Source of the DNA: a virus
Taxonomy: Duplodnaviria > Caudoviricetes
IMG/VR virus record: IMGVR_UViG_3300044676_000388
Location: 1 to 26,475 of that record
Length of the DNA: 26,475 nucleotides
Direction: 5' to 3' (one strand)
The position numbers and the translations under genes were made by a program. Below, piece after piece: positions 15,184-25,587 of this stretch (position 1 is the first letter of the stretch; each line of letters starts with the position of its first letter). The notes below the pieces were generated by a model. That model did no database searches. It was not told the origin of the DNA and was given only the letters and a program-made list of their open reading frames with translations.

Positions 15184-16707
15184 ATGGCCCAGCCGCTACA
15201 AAGTATTAATCTAGTTGCTCCTGCGTTCAAAGGGATCAACACAGAGGATTCTCCGCTTGCACAGGATACGTCTTTTGCGGAGATTGCAGATAACGCTATC
15301 ATTGACAGACGAGGACGATTAGCTTCACGTAAGGGTAACGCTGTTTTAACTACAGACAAGACTGTGTTGGGTACTGACTACCTTTCTAACATACACGAGT
15401 TCTACGACAGTGCTAACAACGAGGTAATCTTTAGTACTGGCAACAACAAAATAATGACAGGTACGACAACACTGGTTGACGCAACACCAGCGGCGTACAC
15501 GATTACAACTAACGATTGGAAGATATTTAACTTTAACGATTACGCTTACTTTTTCCAACGTGGCTACGAGCCTCTTGTGTACAGCAACACTCTAGGTGCA
15601 GTAACCAAGATGTCTGCTGTTGCTGGTGCATCTGTAGCAGCGGCACAGTACTGCAACGAGGCTATCGGTGCTTACGGTCGAGTGTGGTGTGTAGGTAACG
15701 CCAGTGACGACAACACGATCTACTGGTCTGATTTATTAATAGGACACGACTTTTCTGGTGGATCTAGCGGATCTATTAATGTATCTAAAGCGTGGCCTAA
15801 CGGGTTTGATAAGGTTGTAGCTATAGCGGCACACAACGGCTTACTCGTGGTCTTTGGTGAAAACAACACGTTAATTTACAGCGGTGCAGAGAGTCCTGCA
15901 ACAATGGCTATACAGGATACTATTCCGGGTGTTGGCTGTGTAGACAGAAAGAGTGTACAGAACATAGGAACAGACTTGTTGTTCTTGACGCAGACAGGTC
16001 TTAGGAGCTTAGGACGATCTATACAAGAGAAGTCTTTGCCTATTACCGACTTGAGTAGAAACATCAAACAGGAACTAATTGCTAATACTAGAGGTAAAGC
16101 AGAACCAGTTAGTACGGTGTACAGTCCTGAGAACTACTTCTATCTTCTGTGCTTTCCTGATCTTAACCTTGTGTACTGCTTTGATATACGAGGTACACTG
16201 GAGAACGGTGCGTACAGGGTAACACGATGGCCTAGTGTAGACTTTAAGTGTTTTCACAGGGACAGAAACGGTGACATATACATAGGCACAGCGGCGGGCG
16301 TAGGAACGTACAACAACTACTTTGACAACGGTAACATTTATCGTTTCCGTTACTACAGCCCCGGCTTGAGCTTTGGTGATCCGTCTAAGATTAAGATGTT
16401 GAAAAAGATTAGACCTACAATTATTGGTGGAAACAACGCAGACATATTTCTCAAGTGGTCTTACGACTTTTCAACAGCAACCAGCACTAGCACGTTTAGA
16501 ACCAGCAGTGCTACACCCGGATTCTACGGACAGTCTGAGTATAACGTAGCAGAGTTTTCAGAAGAAGGAACAATTATTAGTCGTTCTTCTATTAACACAA
16601 CAGGCTACGGCTCAGTAATTAGCGTGGGTCTTGAGACAGACATCAACGGCTACGCACTGTCTATACAGGAAATGAATGTATTAGCACTGATAGGTAAAAC
16701 GCTATGA
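15184..16707 (+). CDS. Tail tubular protein B / nozzle (DNA stabilization-like)
   Basis: 507 aa, beta-rich, with F.GIN...ADN..ID..GRL..RKG, IYWSD and GVGC...SVQ.IG.DLLFL...GLRS motifs. Follows the adaptor; AGGAG RBS. Confidence 0.82.
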   Translation: MAQPLQSINLVAPAFKGINTEDSPLAQDTSFAEIADNAIIDRRGRLASRKGNAVLTTDKTVLGTDYLSNIHEFYDSANNEVIFSTGNNKIMTGTTTLVDATPAAYTITTNDWKIFNFNDYAYFFQRGYEPLVYSNTLGAVTKMSAVAGASVAAAQYCNEAIGAYGRVWCVGNASDDNTIYWSDLLIGHDFSGGSSGSINVSKAWPNGFDKVVAIAAHNGLLVVFGENNTLIYSGAESPATMAIQDTIPGVGCVDRKSVQNIGTDLLFLTQTGLRSLGRSIQEKSLPITDLSRNIKQELIANTRGKAEPVSTVYSPENYFYLLCFPDLNLVYCFDIRGTLENGAYRVTRWPSVDFKCFHRDRNGDIYIGTAAGVGTYNNYFDNGNIYRFRYYSPGLSFGDPSKIKMLKKIRPTIIGGNNADIFLKWSYDFSTATSTSTFRTSSATPGFYGQSEYNVAEFSEEGTIISRSSINTTGYGSVISVGLETDINGYALSIQEMNVLALIGKTL

Positions 16708-16735
16708 TAGATTATAACGTAAGAGGATTGTTGTA

Positions 16736-17884
16736 ATGGGATGGTTTGAAGATAACTTTGGAAAACTTTTAGGCATAGGTGCTTCGGCGGGTGCTGGTCT
16801 TCTTACCAAAGAAGCTTATGATCGTTTACAAACAATAGGTGAAACAGCTAAAACAGAAGCTACGGCTCTCGCTAGTGAAATACCCGCTATGGCTGCATTT
16901 AAACCTTTTACTGTTACAACAGGAATGGGTGGTCAGTTAGGTGTAGATGAACTTGGTGGTGCCGCTTTATCGTTAGGCGGTGCTGAAGGTGCATTAGCTG
17001 GTACTCTTCTTGGTGAAGCCGGTCAACGCTTTGGTGTTGGTCCTGTAGGTGCTGAACAACTAGCTGGTGCAGGACAACAACTTCTTGGTGCAGGACAAGC
17101 TCAAGTAGGTGCTATGCCTTTTGGTTTGTCTCAGCAGGAAGCAGCAGCACAACAAGCATTTGGTCTTGGTGGTCAGTTTATGGGCCAAGCCGGTATGCCT
17201 ATGGGTGCTAGAGAACAAGCTGTGTATGACCGTATTAGAGCTACACAGCTTGGTGAAGAAGAAAGACAAAGGCTTGCATTAGAGGAGCGTTTGTTTAACC
17301 AAGGAAGAGGCGGTGTACAGACAGCTATGTTTGGTGGTACGCCAGAGCAGTTAGCATTAGCTAAGGCACAGGAGTCTTCACAGAACCAAGCAGCTTTAAT
17401 GGCACTAACTCAAGCACAACAAGAGCAAAGACAATCGGCTGACATTGGTGCTACTTACGGTCAGCTAGGTTCTAACATTGCCACTCAACGACAAGCATTA
17501 GAAACAGCACAACAGATGCAAGCATTACAAGCTCTTACTGGCGGTATGGGTTTGTTAACAGGTGGTATGGGTCTGCAACAAGCGCAACAACAACTTGGCC
17601 TTGGCGCACTAGGTGGTGCATACGTACCACAAGCACAACTTCTTAACGCTATCCAAGCTACGTCACTGTTCCCGCAGTTGCAACAGCAAGCTCAGTTGTT
17701 TGGTACTGGTCAGTACGGTGAGACTATGATGACAGGTATTGAAGCTCAATTGATTGCAGAACAAGCAGCAGCTAATCTTCTTGGTAGTATAGGATCAGGA
17801 ATACTTGGTGGTTTGTTTAGCCCAGTAGCTACTAAGAGCGGCGGCGTAGGTACGGGAATTGGTTCTCTGTTTGGTATAGGATAA
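16736..17884 (+). CDS. Putative internal virion / DNA-ejection protein (Gly/Ala/Gln-rich)
   Basis: Gly-rich hydrophobic termini and Gln/Ala coiled coils; position after the tail genes. Confidence 0.7.
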   Translation: MGWFEDNFGKLLGIGASAGAGLLTKEAYDRLQTIGETAKTEATALASEIPAMAAFKPFTVTTGMGGQLGVDELGGAALSLGGAEGALAGTLLGEAGQRFGVGPVGAEQLAGAGQQLLGAGQAQVGAMPFGLSQQEAAAQQAFGLGGQFMGQAGMPMGAREQAVYDRIRATQLGEEERQRLALEERLFNQGRGGVQTAMFGGTPEQLALAKAQESSQNQAALMALTQAQQEQRQSADIGATYGQLGSNIATQRQALETAQQMQALQALTGGMGLLTGGMGLQQAQQQLGLGALGGAYVPQAQLLNAIQATSLFPQLQQQAQLFGTGQYGETMMTGIEAQLIAEQAAANLLGSIGSGILGGLFSPVATKSGGVGTGIGSLFGIG

Positions 17885-17896
17885 GGTTGAATAAAC

Positions 17897-19228
17897 ATGG
17901 CTAAATTTTCACAAGCATTTTTACAAGGTCTGCTTCAACCAACTTATCAGAAAGGTTTGTTGGAAGCTGCAAAAAGTGTAGGCCAACTTCCTGCTGTTTT
18001 AGACATACAAAAACAAGAAAAAGAAGCACAAGAAAGGATGACTAATTTAATTTCTGGTCCTCCTACTGTTGAGCGTATTGCTCAGATACGTTCTATGGCG
18101 GCTAGTATGGCTGTAACAAACCCTGCAAGAGCAAAAGGATTGATTACTGCTGCTGATAGTATGCAAAAACAATATGATGCTCTTCAAAAACAAGAAGATC
18201 AAATGCTTACTGGTGTTGCTCAAAACATAGCGTCTAATCCTGATATAACAAATATTGCTACTTATGTAAATAATTCAGCAATACCAGATTACAAGCAGCC
18301 TGCTGTAATAAAGCAAGCTACTGAGCTACGTAAGATAATTGTTTCTCAGCGAGAAAACGAAGATGCGCGTACTCTGTCTCCAGAGGTTTTGTCTTTTATT
18401 GAAAAGAACAAAAAGATACTTGAACAAAATCCTATGTTCCAAAAGCATATGGCCGTGTACAACAAAGAAGGCGACCGTGCTGTAGGCGAACTGTTGAATG
18501 CAACAAAAGCTATTAGAGGAATAGTAACAGCAGAAGTAAAAAGACAAGGAGAAGCTCAGTTTTCTAGTGCTGCTGTTGAAGCTCAGTCTACAGGGTTCAT
18601 TAATAACTTTATTAGAGAAGACAGTATTTCTGAATTTATTTTTGGCAGAGATGCAGTTGAAACTGCGCGTGAAGTTTTTGACAACGAAGATTTAAAAGAT
18701 GACTTTGTTAAGTTTGTTGGTGCTGAGTACGAAAAAAACCCTAGCATAGATGCTTCTGTTGCTGTAAAAAACGCACTTGATTTTATGGGTGAAAAATACA
18801 GTGAGGAACTTGAGTTTGGTAGAATGTTAAATGTTGAGGAAGCTAGACAAACTAAAGCAGATAGAGAAGAAGCTATTCAGTATCTTATGGACAAAGAAGA
18901 CCTAAGCAGAAAAGATGCTATAAGAGAATTGAACGCTCGTCAAGCTAAGAAAGCAATAGAAAAAGAACAAGAAGAAGTAACTCAACCTGTATTACCTCAA
19001 CAAAGACCTCAAACTGTTTCAGATGCTCAAGCTGCTTTCTTAGGTCGTACTTCTATAGCACCAACAATGACGCCTGCTCCTGTTGCTAGTGGTGGTATTG
19101 CTCCTGCCATGACACCATCACAGATGAGATCAGGTGCTGTACAGACTTTAACTGACATTGATAAGGAAGCTGCACGAAGAAGAGCGCAAGCAGGAATGTT
19201 ATCAGGCGGTCGACCAATACGTAATTAA
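17897..19228 (+). CDS. Putative internal virion protein
   Basis: 443-aa helical protein in the ejection-protein position, with a Pro/Ala-rich C-terminal tail. Confidence 0.65.
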   Translation: MAKFSQAFLQGLLQPTYQKGLLEAAKSVGQLPAVLDIQKQEKEAQERMTNLISGPPTVERIAQIRSMAASMAVTNPARAKGLITAADSMQKQYDALQKQEDQMLTGVAQNIASNPDITNIATYVNNSAIPDYKQPAVIKQATELRKIIVSQRENEDARTLSPEVLSFIEKNKKILEQNPMFQKHMAVYNKEGDRAVGELLNATKAIRGIVTAEVKRQGEAQFSSAAVEAQSTGFINNFIREDSISEFIFGRDAVETAREVFDNEDLKDDFVKFVGAEYEKNPSIDASVAVKNALDFMGEKYSEELEFGRMLNVEEARQTKADREEAIQYLMDKEDLSRKDAIRELNARQAKKAIEKEQEEVTQPVLPQQRPQTVSDAQAAFLGRTSIAPTMTPAPVASGGIAPAMTPSQMRSGAVQTLTDIDKEAARRRAQAGMLSGGRPIRN

Positions 19229-19270
19229 TAAATAAATATAGCAACCAACGTATCTGCTGAGTAAAAAAAT

Positions 19271-22200
19271 ATGCCTGTAGCAACTGCTAAAGAATTGCGA
19301 GCTAAAACGCTTGATCCTATTTTTAGAGATCCTGCTGTTGACCGTGCTTTAGACATGATGAACCTCGATCCTTATCTTGTTCAAGATAATATACTACTTT
19401 GGATTGAAGCGGTAGGTGAAATTGAATCTAGTGGTGGTAAAAATACTAGTAACAAAGAACGAGTAGGGAAGGGCGGTACATCTGCGAAAGGTAATTATCA
19501 GTTTACTGATGCTACTTATCGCAGTTACTTGCAATCTGCTCTTAATGCGTATAAAGACGTAGATGTTCCTGTGCCTGAATGGGTAACAAAAGAACTGAAA
19601 AATCCTGATCGTGATCCTAGATCGTTATCCGATAATCAGCAACGTGTTTTGCTTTTAGTTGGTACTCATGCTAGAGGTAAAGATGCTGATATGCAGAAGG
19701 CGTGGGGCGAAGGCGATCTGCTAGGCGCAGGCAAAAAATTATTTTATGGTCCTCACTATGGTGGTACGCCAAATCGTAAAACAGTTCAGGTTGTCAACAG
19801 AGAGTTTGACAAAATTAAAGACAAAGTAATTACGTTAGCTCCTGATTCTGTTGCTCCTGATCCTATTAAAACAGGAATGGCAGAAAGTAAAATAGACAAA
19901 CTTACCGATTATGCAGCTACGTTTCCTAATGAAATAGATCGTAAGAAACTTGAAGATACATTACAAGAAGTACGTACTGATGTCAAGAAGGTAGCTGACA
20001 CATATAAGTCTGTTGGTCTATTAACTGGTGCTGGTCCTGTTCCTGATAGAGTTCTTGAGCCTGTTATTCCTACAAAGCGTGGGCAGATTCCTATACCTCA
20101 ACGTCCTCAATTAGAAGAAGTAACTACACCTCAACGTGCTGGTAGATTGCCTGAAGTAACTGTTGATGCACAACGTGTACCTGAACAAATTGTCGGGCCT
20201 GTTTCTGTACCACAACGTGACTTAGTATCTATACCTCCTACATCTACTCCTCGCCTTGAGTCTGAACTAGCTGCTACTCAAATGAAAGCGTTAGAGCCTG
20301 ATCCGGTAGAGAAATACCTTGACCGTGTTGTTGGTTCTATGCCTCGTGTAGAAGCTGAACTAGCATCTACTCAGATGGCTGCTATGCAACCTAGAGTTCC
20401 TAGTGAGGTAACTGTACCACAGCGTGATCTGAAAGTTGTGCCTGAAGTAGATCCTGTTGAAGCGTATTTAAATAAAGTAGTACAACCTCGCCCAGCAGTT
20501 GCTGCCCCACAACCTCAACCTACTGCTCCTGTTCGTGAACGTGATCCTGTTGATGCGTATTTAGACAGGATACAAACCATAAAAGAAAGAGATCGAATAG
20601 GTCTAATACGAGAAGTTATATCTGGCGCTACCCTTCAGTTTGGTGAAGAGCTAGAAGCGTTCTTTTCGGACGAGCCGTATGACGTAGCCCTGAAACGTAT
20701 CCGTGAAGAGATGGCTGATTACGAATTGCGTAGTCCTCGTGCTGCTTTTTATGGTGAAGTTGCAGGAGCATTACCAACAAGCGTTGGTGTCATTAGTGGA
20801 TTACGCGCTTTAGGTGTAACTTCAGGTGCTGTAGCAGGCGGTTTAGAAACTGGTGCTTATGGTATTGGTAGTGGTGAAGATGCTATAGATAGGTTAGAGA
20901 AAGGTGCCTACTATGGTGCTGGCGGTGCCATTGTAGGTCGAATTTTTGACAGTATATTTGATCCACAACTAGGCCGTCAGGTTGGTTCTGTTGAAGAACT
21001 TAACGCACAGAAAGCAAATCTTCAAGAACAGTTACTACAAGAAGCAAGAATAGATCGTCCTACTGCTCAGATAACTAACGATGAGTTAGCTACGCAACTA
21101 CTTATGCGCGAGATAGAATACTTAGGAGATGTGGTAGGAAGACAAGGTGCTGATCCTTCTGACTTAGGCAGTATGTTAACCCGTATGCGTACTTACGCTG
21201 AAAACATGGGCGTTAACATGAAGCAATTTAATAAAGTCTATGGCTCTAATAAAGAAATTAAAGAGTTGAGGGATTTAATAAACCAACCCTTTGACACATT
21301 AGAAGACTTAACTTTCTTGCGACAAGACTTAATAGACATGACTACTAAACGTCTTATTGCAGATACTAATAACACCATACCACAAGCACAAAGTACTATC
21401 GTTAAGTTACGTAGACTAGCTTCTCCTCTTGCTACTCTTGCTGAAGAGACAGTTGGTCGTTCTTTTTCTGAGCGTATTATTATCGGTATGAACCGTGTTG
21501 TGCGCGGTCAAACTGTACTAGATAGAATGTGGAAGGGTATGGAACCTTTCCGTGAACTAGCAGAAACAAATGTAAAGTTTAACGATGCTTTGTTGGATAC
21601 AATGAATGCACGTTTATCCCAAGAGTTTAGAGAAAAACGTCTACGAGTTGCTATTAACATAGCTAAGAATAAGATAGGCAAGGATGCAGAAGGACGCCTT
21701 AATCAATTTTTTGATGACAACTTAGAGTTTTCTAAGCGATATCGAAGAGAGGTAACTGCTGGTGATTTGTCTCGTGTTTGGATGCACTCTAATTTAAGCA
21801 CTACTGCTAAAGATTCTAGTCTGCGCTCTTTCAGAAAGAAAGCAGAGGCTAAAGCAGAAGATGCTGCTTCTAAAGATATTAAACGTCCATCTATGAAAGA
21901 GTGGAGAAAGAAAAATAAAGATCCTAACAAGGATTATGAAAACATATTTGACTCCCATTGGAGATGGCAACGTCAAACACTAACACGTATGGAGTTAGGT
22001 AAACAGCTTGGTTTCCGTACAGCAGGAAAGCCTCTTGTTGCTCAAGGTAAAAAGACATTAGAAGAAACAGCGGCAAAAGAAGCTGGTTCGTTCAAGTTGT
22101 TTGATGATCGTATTATTGAAGAAGCACTTAAACGTGAAGGTCTGTCTGAAGTACAGATTAATAATGCAAAACAAATCATTGATGATCTTGGTATCAACGC

Positions 22201-23290
22201 CAACAAAGGTATGTCCCATGAGTTAGAACTGGTGCGTAGCCTTGGTTATGTAGGTACTATTGCTAATCCATATGGTGCGTTGATGAACATACACGACTTG
22301 TTCAACGCATCGTTTGAGTTAGGTGTTAAGAATGTAGTAGGTGCTTTGTTTGATAGAGGTGGTATTACATTTAACCCTGCTGATATGGGCCTTGCTAGAC
22401 AAGTGTTTGGTGAGTTTGTTCGTAAAGCACGAAAAGGTACTGATCAAAAGTTACTTGGAGAAAAGATAAGTGGTAACCAGTTTTTAGAGAATGCGGCACA
22501 GGCTAGTGAGTCTCTGCTTGAATGGTCTATGAAGTGGTCTGGTTTTTCCAAGCTAGATCAGTTTGGTAAGAGCCGTATCATGGGTGCTTCTTTTCGTAAA
22601 GCAAGACAAGATATAGCTAATGGTTCATTCGACAACAAGTGGCAGTACAGTTTCAGTAAGCCTGAAATAGATCAACTAAAGAGAGACATAGCTGCTGGTA
22701 ATACTAGTAGTGAGTTAGTACGTGATCTTGTTATGTTTGATTTGTTTAGACTACAACCTATTAACGCTGCGGCACAGACTGCTTTTGGTTTAGCTAATCC
22801 TAATGCTCGTTTGTTCTACATGCTCAAAGGTTTTGCAATCAAGCAATTTGATTTGATGGAGCGTAGAATATTTAAAGAGTGGCAAAACGGTAACAAGAGA
22901 CAAGCATTAGAAAACGCAATGAGATACTTGATCTTGTCTGGTGGTGGTTACGGTATTGTTAACGAGGGTAGACAGGTTATTAAAGGGGACGTACCAGACC
23001 CGGAGCAAGCCGCTATTGGTGCATTATACCAAGTAGGTTCTGTTCTTACGTTCGGTGCTATGGGTGCTAACGACTATGGCTACGACAAGTTTATGAGTGA
23101 TCCTGTTAACGCTATAGTTTCTAATATGTTCCCACCTGTTACTGCTACTCTTCCTGCTGCTGTCATAGAAGACACAGCCGATGTAGCTCGTGCGCTATTG
23201 GCAGGAGAGATGCCTAATCCTATACCTGATGATTCGCTTGAGGCATTACCTATAATTGGTAAAACAATAAAAGGAATAACAGAAGAATGA
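19271..23290 (+). CDS. Large internal virion protein with N-terminal lytic-transglycosylase/lysozyme-like domain
   Basis: EIESSGG catalytic-Glu-like motif and SAKGNYQF motif, Pro/Val-rich linker and a large helical body; analogous to T7 gp16-type ejection proteins. Confidence 0.72.
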   Translation: MPVATAKELRAKTLDPIFRDPAVDRALDMMNLDPYLVQDNILLWIEAVGEIESSGGKNTSNKERVGKGGTSAKGNYQFTDATYRSYLQSALNAYKDVDVPVPEWVTKELKNPDRDPRSLSDNQQRVLLLVGTHARGKDADMQKAWGEGDLLGAGKKLFYGPHYGGTPNRKTVQVVNREFDKIKDKVITLAPDSVAPDPIKTGMAESKIDKLTDYAATFPNEIDRKKLEDTLQEVRTDVKKVADTYKSVGLLTGAGPVPDRVLEPVIPTKRGQIPIPQRPQLEEVTTPQRAGRLPEVTVDAQRVPEQIVGPVSVPQRDLVSIPPTSTPRLESELAATQMKALEPDPVEKYLDRVVGSMPRVEAELASTQMAAMQPRVPSEVTVPQRDLKVVPEVDPVEAYLNKVVQPRPAVAAPQPQPTAPVRERDPVDAYLDRIQTIKERDRIGLIREVISGATLQFGEELEAFFSDEPYDVALKRIREEMADYELRSPRAAFYGEVAGALPTSVGVISGLRALGVTSGAVAGGLETGAYGIGSGEDAIDRLEKGAYYGAGGAIVGRIFDSIFDPQLGRQVGSVEELNAQKANLQEQLLQEARIDRPTAQITNDELATQLLMREIEYLGDVVGRQGADPSDLGSMLTRMRTYAENMGVNMKQFNKVYGSNKEIKELRDLINQPFDTLEDLTFLRQDLIDMTTKRLIADTNNTIPQAQSTIVKLRRLASPLATLAEETVGRSFSERIIIGMNRVVRGQTVLDRMWKGMEPFRELAETNVKFNDALLDTMNARLSQEFREKRLRVAINIAKNKIGKDAEGRLNQFFDDNLEFSKRYRREVTAGDLSRVWMHSNLSTTAKDSSLRSFRKKAEAKAEDAASKDIKRPSMKEWRKKNKDPNKDYENIFDSHWRWQRQTLTRMELGKQLGFRTAGKPLVAQGKKTLEETAAKEAGSFKLFDDRIIEEALKREGLSEVQINNAKQIIDDLGINANKGMSHELELVRSLGYVGTIANPYGALMNIHDLFNASFELGVKNVVGALFDRGGITFNPADMGLARQVFGEFVRKARKGTDQKLLGEKISGNQFLENAAQASESLLEWSMKWSGFSKLDQFGKSRIMGASFRKARQDIANGSFDNKWQYSFSKPEIDQLKRDIAAGNTSSELVRDLVMFDLFRLQPINAAAQTAFGLANPNARLFYMLKGFAIKQFDLMERRIFKEWQNGNKRQALENAMRYLILSGGGYGIVNEGRQVIKGDVPDPEQAAIGALYQVGSVLTFGAMGANDYGYDKFMSDPVNAIVSNMFPPVTATLPAAVIEDTADVARALLAGEMPNPIPDDSLEALPIIGKTIKGITEE

Positions 23291-23466
23291 ACGACGATAA
23301 ACACACAGTCAGTTACACATCTCACGACTATCACAGCATGTGTCAGCGTTCTAAAGAGCGCATCAGGAAGATGCAAGCAGAAGGAATACCTACGCCCCAT
23401 GACCCGAAAGACAAGCCAGAGGACGTAGGCAAGCGTGAAGGTTACTCTATTATCTTCATGTCATAG
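23287..23466 (+). CDS. Hypothetical protein (59 aa)
   Basis: MNDDKHTVSYTSHDYHSMCQRSKERIRKMQAEGIPTPHDPKDKPEDVGKREGYSIIFMS*. ATGA overlap with the upstream gene and AAGGA upstream; exactly fills the gap to nrdJ. Not in ORF track. Confidence 0.6.
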   Translation: MNDDKHTVSYTSHDYHSMCQRSKERIRKMQAEGIPTPHDPKDKPEDVGKREGYSIIFMS

Positions 23467-25332
23467 CTCACAGTTGTTACCTGTACAGGCTAACTGCTGA
23501 CTACCCTCAGTCATATCCGACTCCTCACTGATGTCCCAATCAATCTCAGTGGGGAAGTCTTTCTTTAACTGGTTGTATGTTTTCTTATCAACAGGTTCGT
23601 ATGGTGCTTGTTGGTATGTGTGATCTGAGTAAGGCAAGAAGCTAATACCAGATACCTTATCGAACTTGTTATACAACCACTGCCCCACCTCCAAGAACTC
23701 ATCGTCACGATAGTAACAAGTCATTGATGGTTTGTGTTCACACCATTCATCTTGATATATCTCCCACAGTTCTAGCTGTTCCATAGCACCCATCTCTGAG
23801 GCTGTCACAGCGCCATCAGGAGAGGCGATAGGGAAGCTGAATACCTTGGTACTGGGTGACATCACATCGTCCTCCACAGGGACACCAGCGGCCTCTAGGA
23901 CGGCACAAAGTGGGTCACGAGCGTCTGCCCTAACTCTGCGTATGTACTGAGCAGAATAACGAGGATGAATCCCACTAGCAGAATCAACCAACTGGCTAAC
24001 AGTGCCTGAAGGCTTAACAGCAGTGATAGCGGTAGATACATTGATACCCAATCTACTAGCCCATTCTTTGTTAACTTTGATTGCTTCTTGTCGCATGGCT
24101 CTAAGCCACTTCTTGAGTTCATTCTTGTCTCCTCTACCTGATAACAATGGATGATCCATAATACCAGTAAGACTTACACCCAGTAATGCTTCATCTTCTG
24201 TGTTAATTTTCCATATGTTTCGTAGGTAACGGAAGTCAGTCAAGGTAGCTTGTAAAGTTCCAAGGATAGTCGCAATGCGTACTTTTCGTTTGAGGTTTGC
24301 GAGCGTATCGGTTGGCCTGACAACAACCTCCGATAGATTACAGAATTGATAGGGACGGAGGATGATCTCGCTACATGGATTAGTTCCAAAAGCATAGGTA
24401 GCATCTCGTCGTTCATTTCTTGCAGCCTGTTTCTGACTAGCCACTCTAGAAAAGACACCTCGTTCTCCCGATCTAGATTCATACAGGCTTGTCCACTCAT
24501 TTAAAAATGCCTCAAAGTCTGGCTTCTCTGTGTAACACGCAGAGTTGTTAGCTAGTCCACGCTGGGGATTATCTACCCACCACTGTCCGTGCTTGCAACG
24601 TCGGAGTCTGTCGTCTGTGAGGTTGCTGAGACTGATAAGGGCTGATCGTCTAACTCCTCCAACAACGACGATTTGTGCAATCTTGCAGCAAAGATCGTGG
24701 CATTCAACGGAACTAAGCTTTCTGCCAGACGCGCCTTGAAAGAGTTCAACTGTGAATCTGAACAGTTCAAGCAGAGGTTCTGGACCACTTGCTCTACCTC
24801 CAAAAACTTTAAGCGGGGCACCTGAAGGTCGTACTCTGCTTGTATCCCATTGGGGAATCTGACCTGAATACAGCAGTGATACCAACTCCCTAAACGATTT
24901 CGCCCATCCGATCTTCGAATCTGCCACATTAATAACTGTATCGGTTGCATGAAATGTCTCCGCTACCTCTGGTAATTTTTGTACGTACTGTCGTTCAACG
25001 CTAAAGCCTACGCCTGTCCCACACATGAGTACGTACATCATCTCATCGAAAGCTTTCGGATGATCAATAGGAAGATAGCTACAGTTAAACCCTGCTACGT
25101 TGTCACGATCCAGTGCCTCACCAGCAGTCATCAACGCTCGCATGGAAGGCATGACATCTAGATCATGTATAGCTTTGAATATCTCTGACACATCAAAGTC
25201 GTTAAGGTCTGCACGATCTACCCAGTAGTTTACGTAGCGGTAGACTGTTTCTTCCCACGTTTCTCTACGCTTTTCTTCTGGTAGGTATCGTGCGTATCGT
25301 GACTTGTGTATGTATTGTTGGTATGCATCCAT
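23461..25332 (-). CDS. nrdJ: Class II (adenosylcobalamin-dependent) ribonucleotide reductase, monomeric RTPR type
   Basis: PSMR, FNCS, GTGVGFS, VVVGGVRRSA, TNPCSEI (thiyl Cys), FCNL, TAVKPSGTVSQL and C-terminal ACTGNNCEL redox pair. No small-subunit gene adjacent. Confidence 0.93.
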   Translation of the reverse strand: MDAYQQYIHKSRYARYLPEEKRRETWEETVYRYVNYWVDRADLNDFDVSEIFKAIHDLDVMPSMRALMTAGEALDRDNVAGFNCSYLPIDHPKAFDEMMYVLMCGTGVGFSVERQYVQKLPEVAETFHATDTVINVADSKIGWAKSFRELVSLLYSGQIPQWDTSRVRPSGAPLKVFGGRASGPEPLLELFRFTVELFQGASGRKLSSVECHDLCCKIAQIVVVGGVRRSALISLSNLTDDRLRRCKHGQWWVDNPQRGLANNSACYTEKPDFEAFLNEWTSLYESRSGERGVFSRVASQKQAARNERRDATYAFGTNPCSEIILRPYQFCNLSEVVVRPTDTLANLKRKVRIATILGTLQATLTDFRYLRNIWKINTEDEALLGVSLTGIMDHPLLSGRGDKNELKKWLRAMRQEAIKVNKEWASRLGINVSTAITAVKPSGTVSQLVDSASGIHPRYSAQYIRRVRADARDPLCAVLEAAGVPVEDDVMSPSTKVFSFPIASPDGAVTASEMGAMEQLELWEIYQDEWCEHKPSMTCYYRDDEFLEVGQWLYNKFDKVSGISFLPYSDHTYQQAPYEPVDKKTYNQLKKDFPTEIDWDISEESDMTEGSQQLACTGNNCEL

Positions 25333-25587
25333 TTATTCTGGTTCTCCTGTTATGCCTAGTGTTTCATTGATAATTGCTGATGCTGCTAAATGAAGTGTCA
25401 TAAACACTCCATCAGGGTACTGCTCCGATGAGGTTACTTCTAACGGGTATCCGTTCTCAAAAAAGACTACAACTACTTTAGGATTTCTTCCTTCTTCAAT
25501 TTGATTTTGCGCTCTTAATGCACAAGCAAAAAGAAACTCATTAGCAGGAACATCTTTTTTAAAGTTGCCTTCAATTACGTTCGTCAT
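25333..25587 (-). CDS. Hypothetical protein
   Basis: Track ORF 25333..25596; ATG at 25587 (MTNVIEGNF...) is the likelier start. Its stop abuts the nrdJ ATG. Confidence 0.7.
   Translation of the reverse strand: MTNVIEGNFKKDVPANEFLFACALRAQNQIEEGRNPKVVVVFFENGYPLEVTSSEQYPDGVFMTLHLAASAIINETLGITGEPE

Noticed and set aside
23080-23400. 106-aa minus-strand ORF after nrdJ
   Set aside because: It is mostly antisense to the large virion gene; the + strand 59-aa ORF with ATGA coupling explains the gap better.
25320-25345. Cobalamin riboswitch upstream of nrdJ
   Set aside because: There is no leader: the upstream gene's stop abuts the nrdJ ATG.
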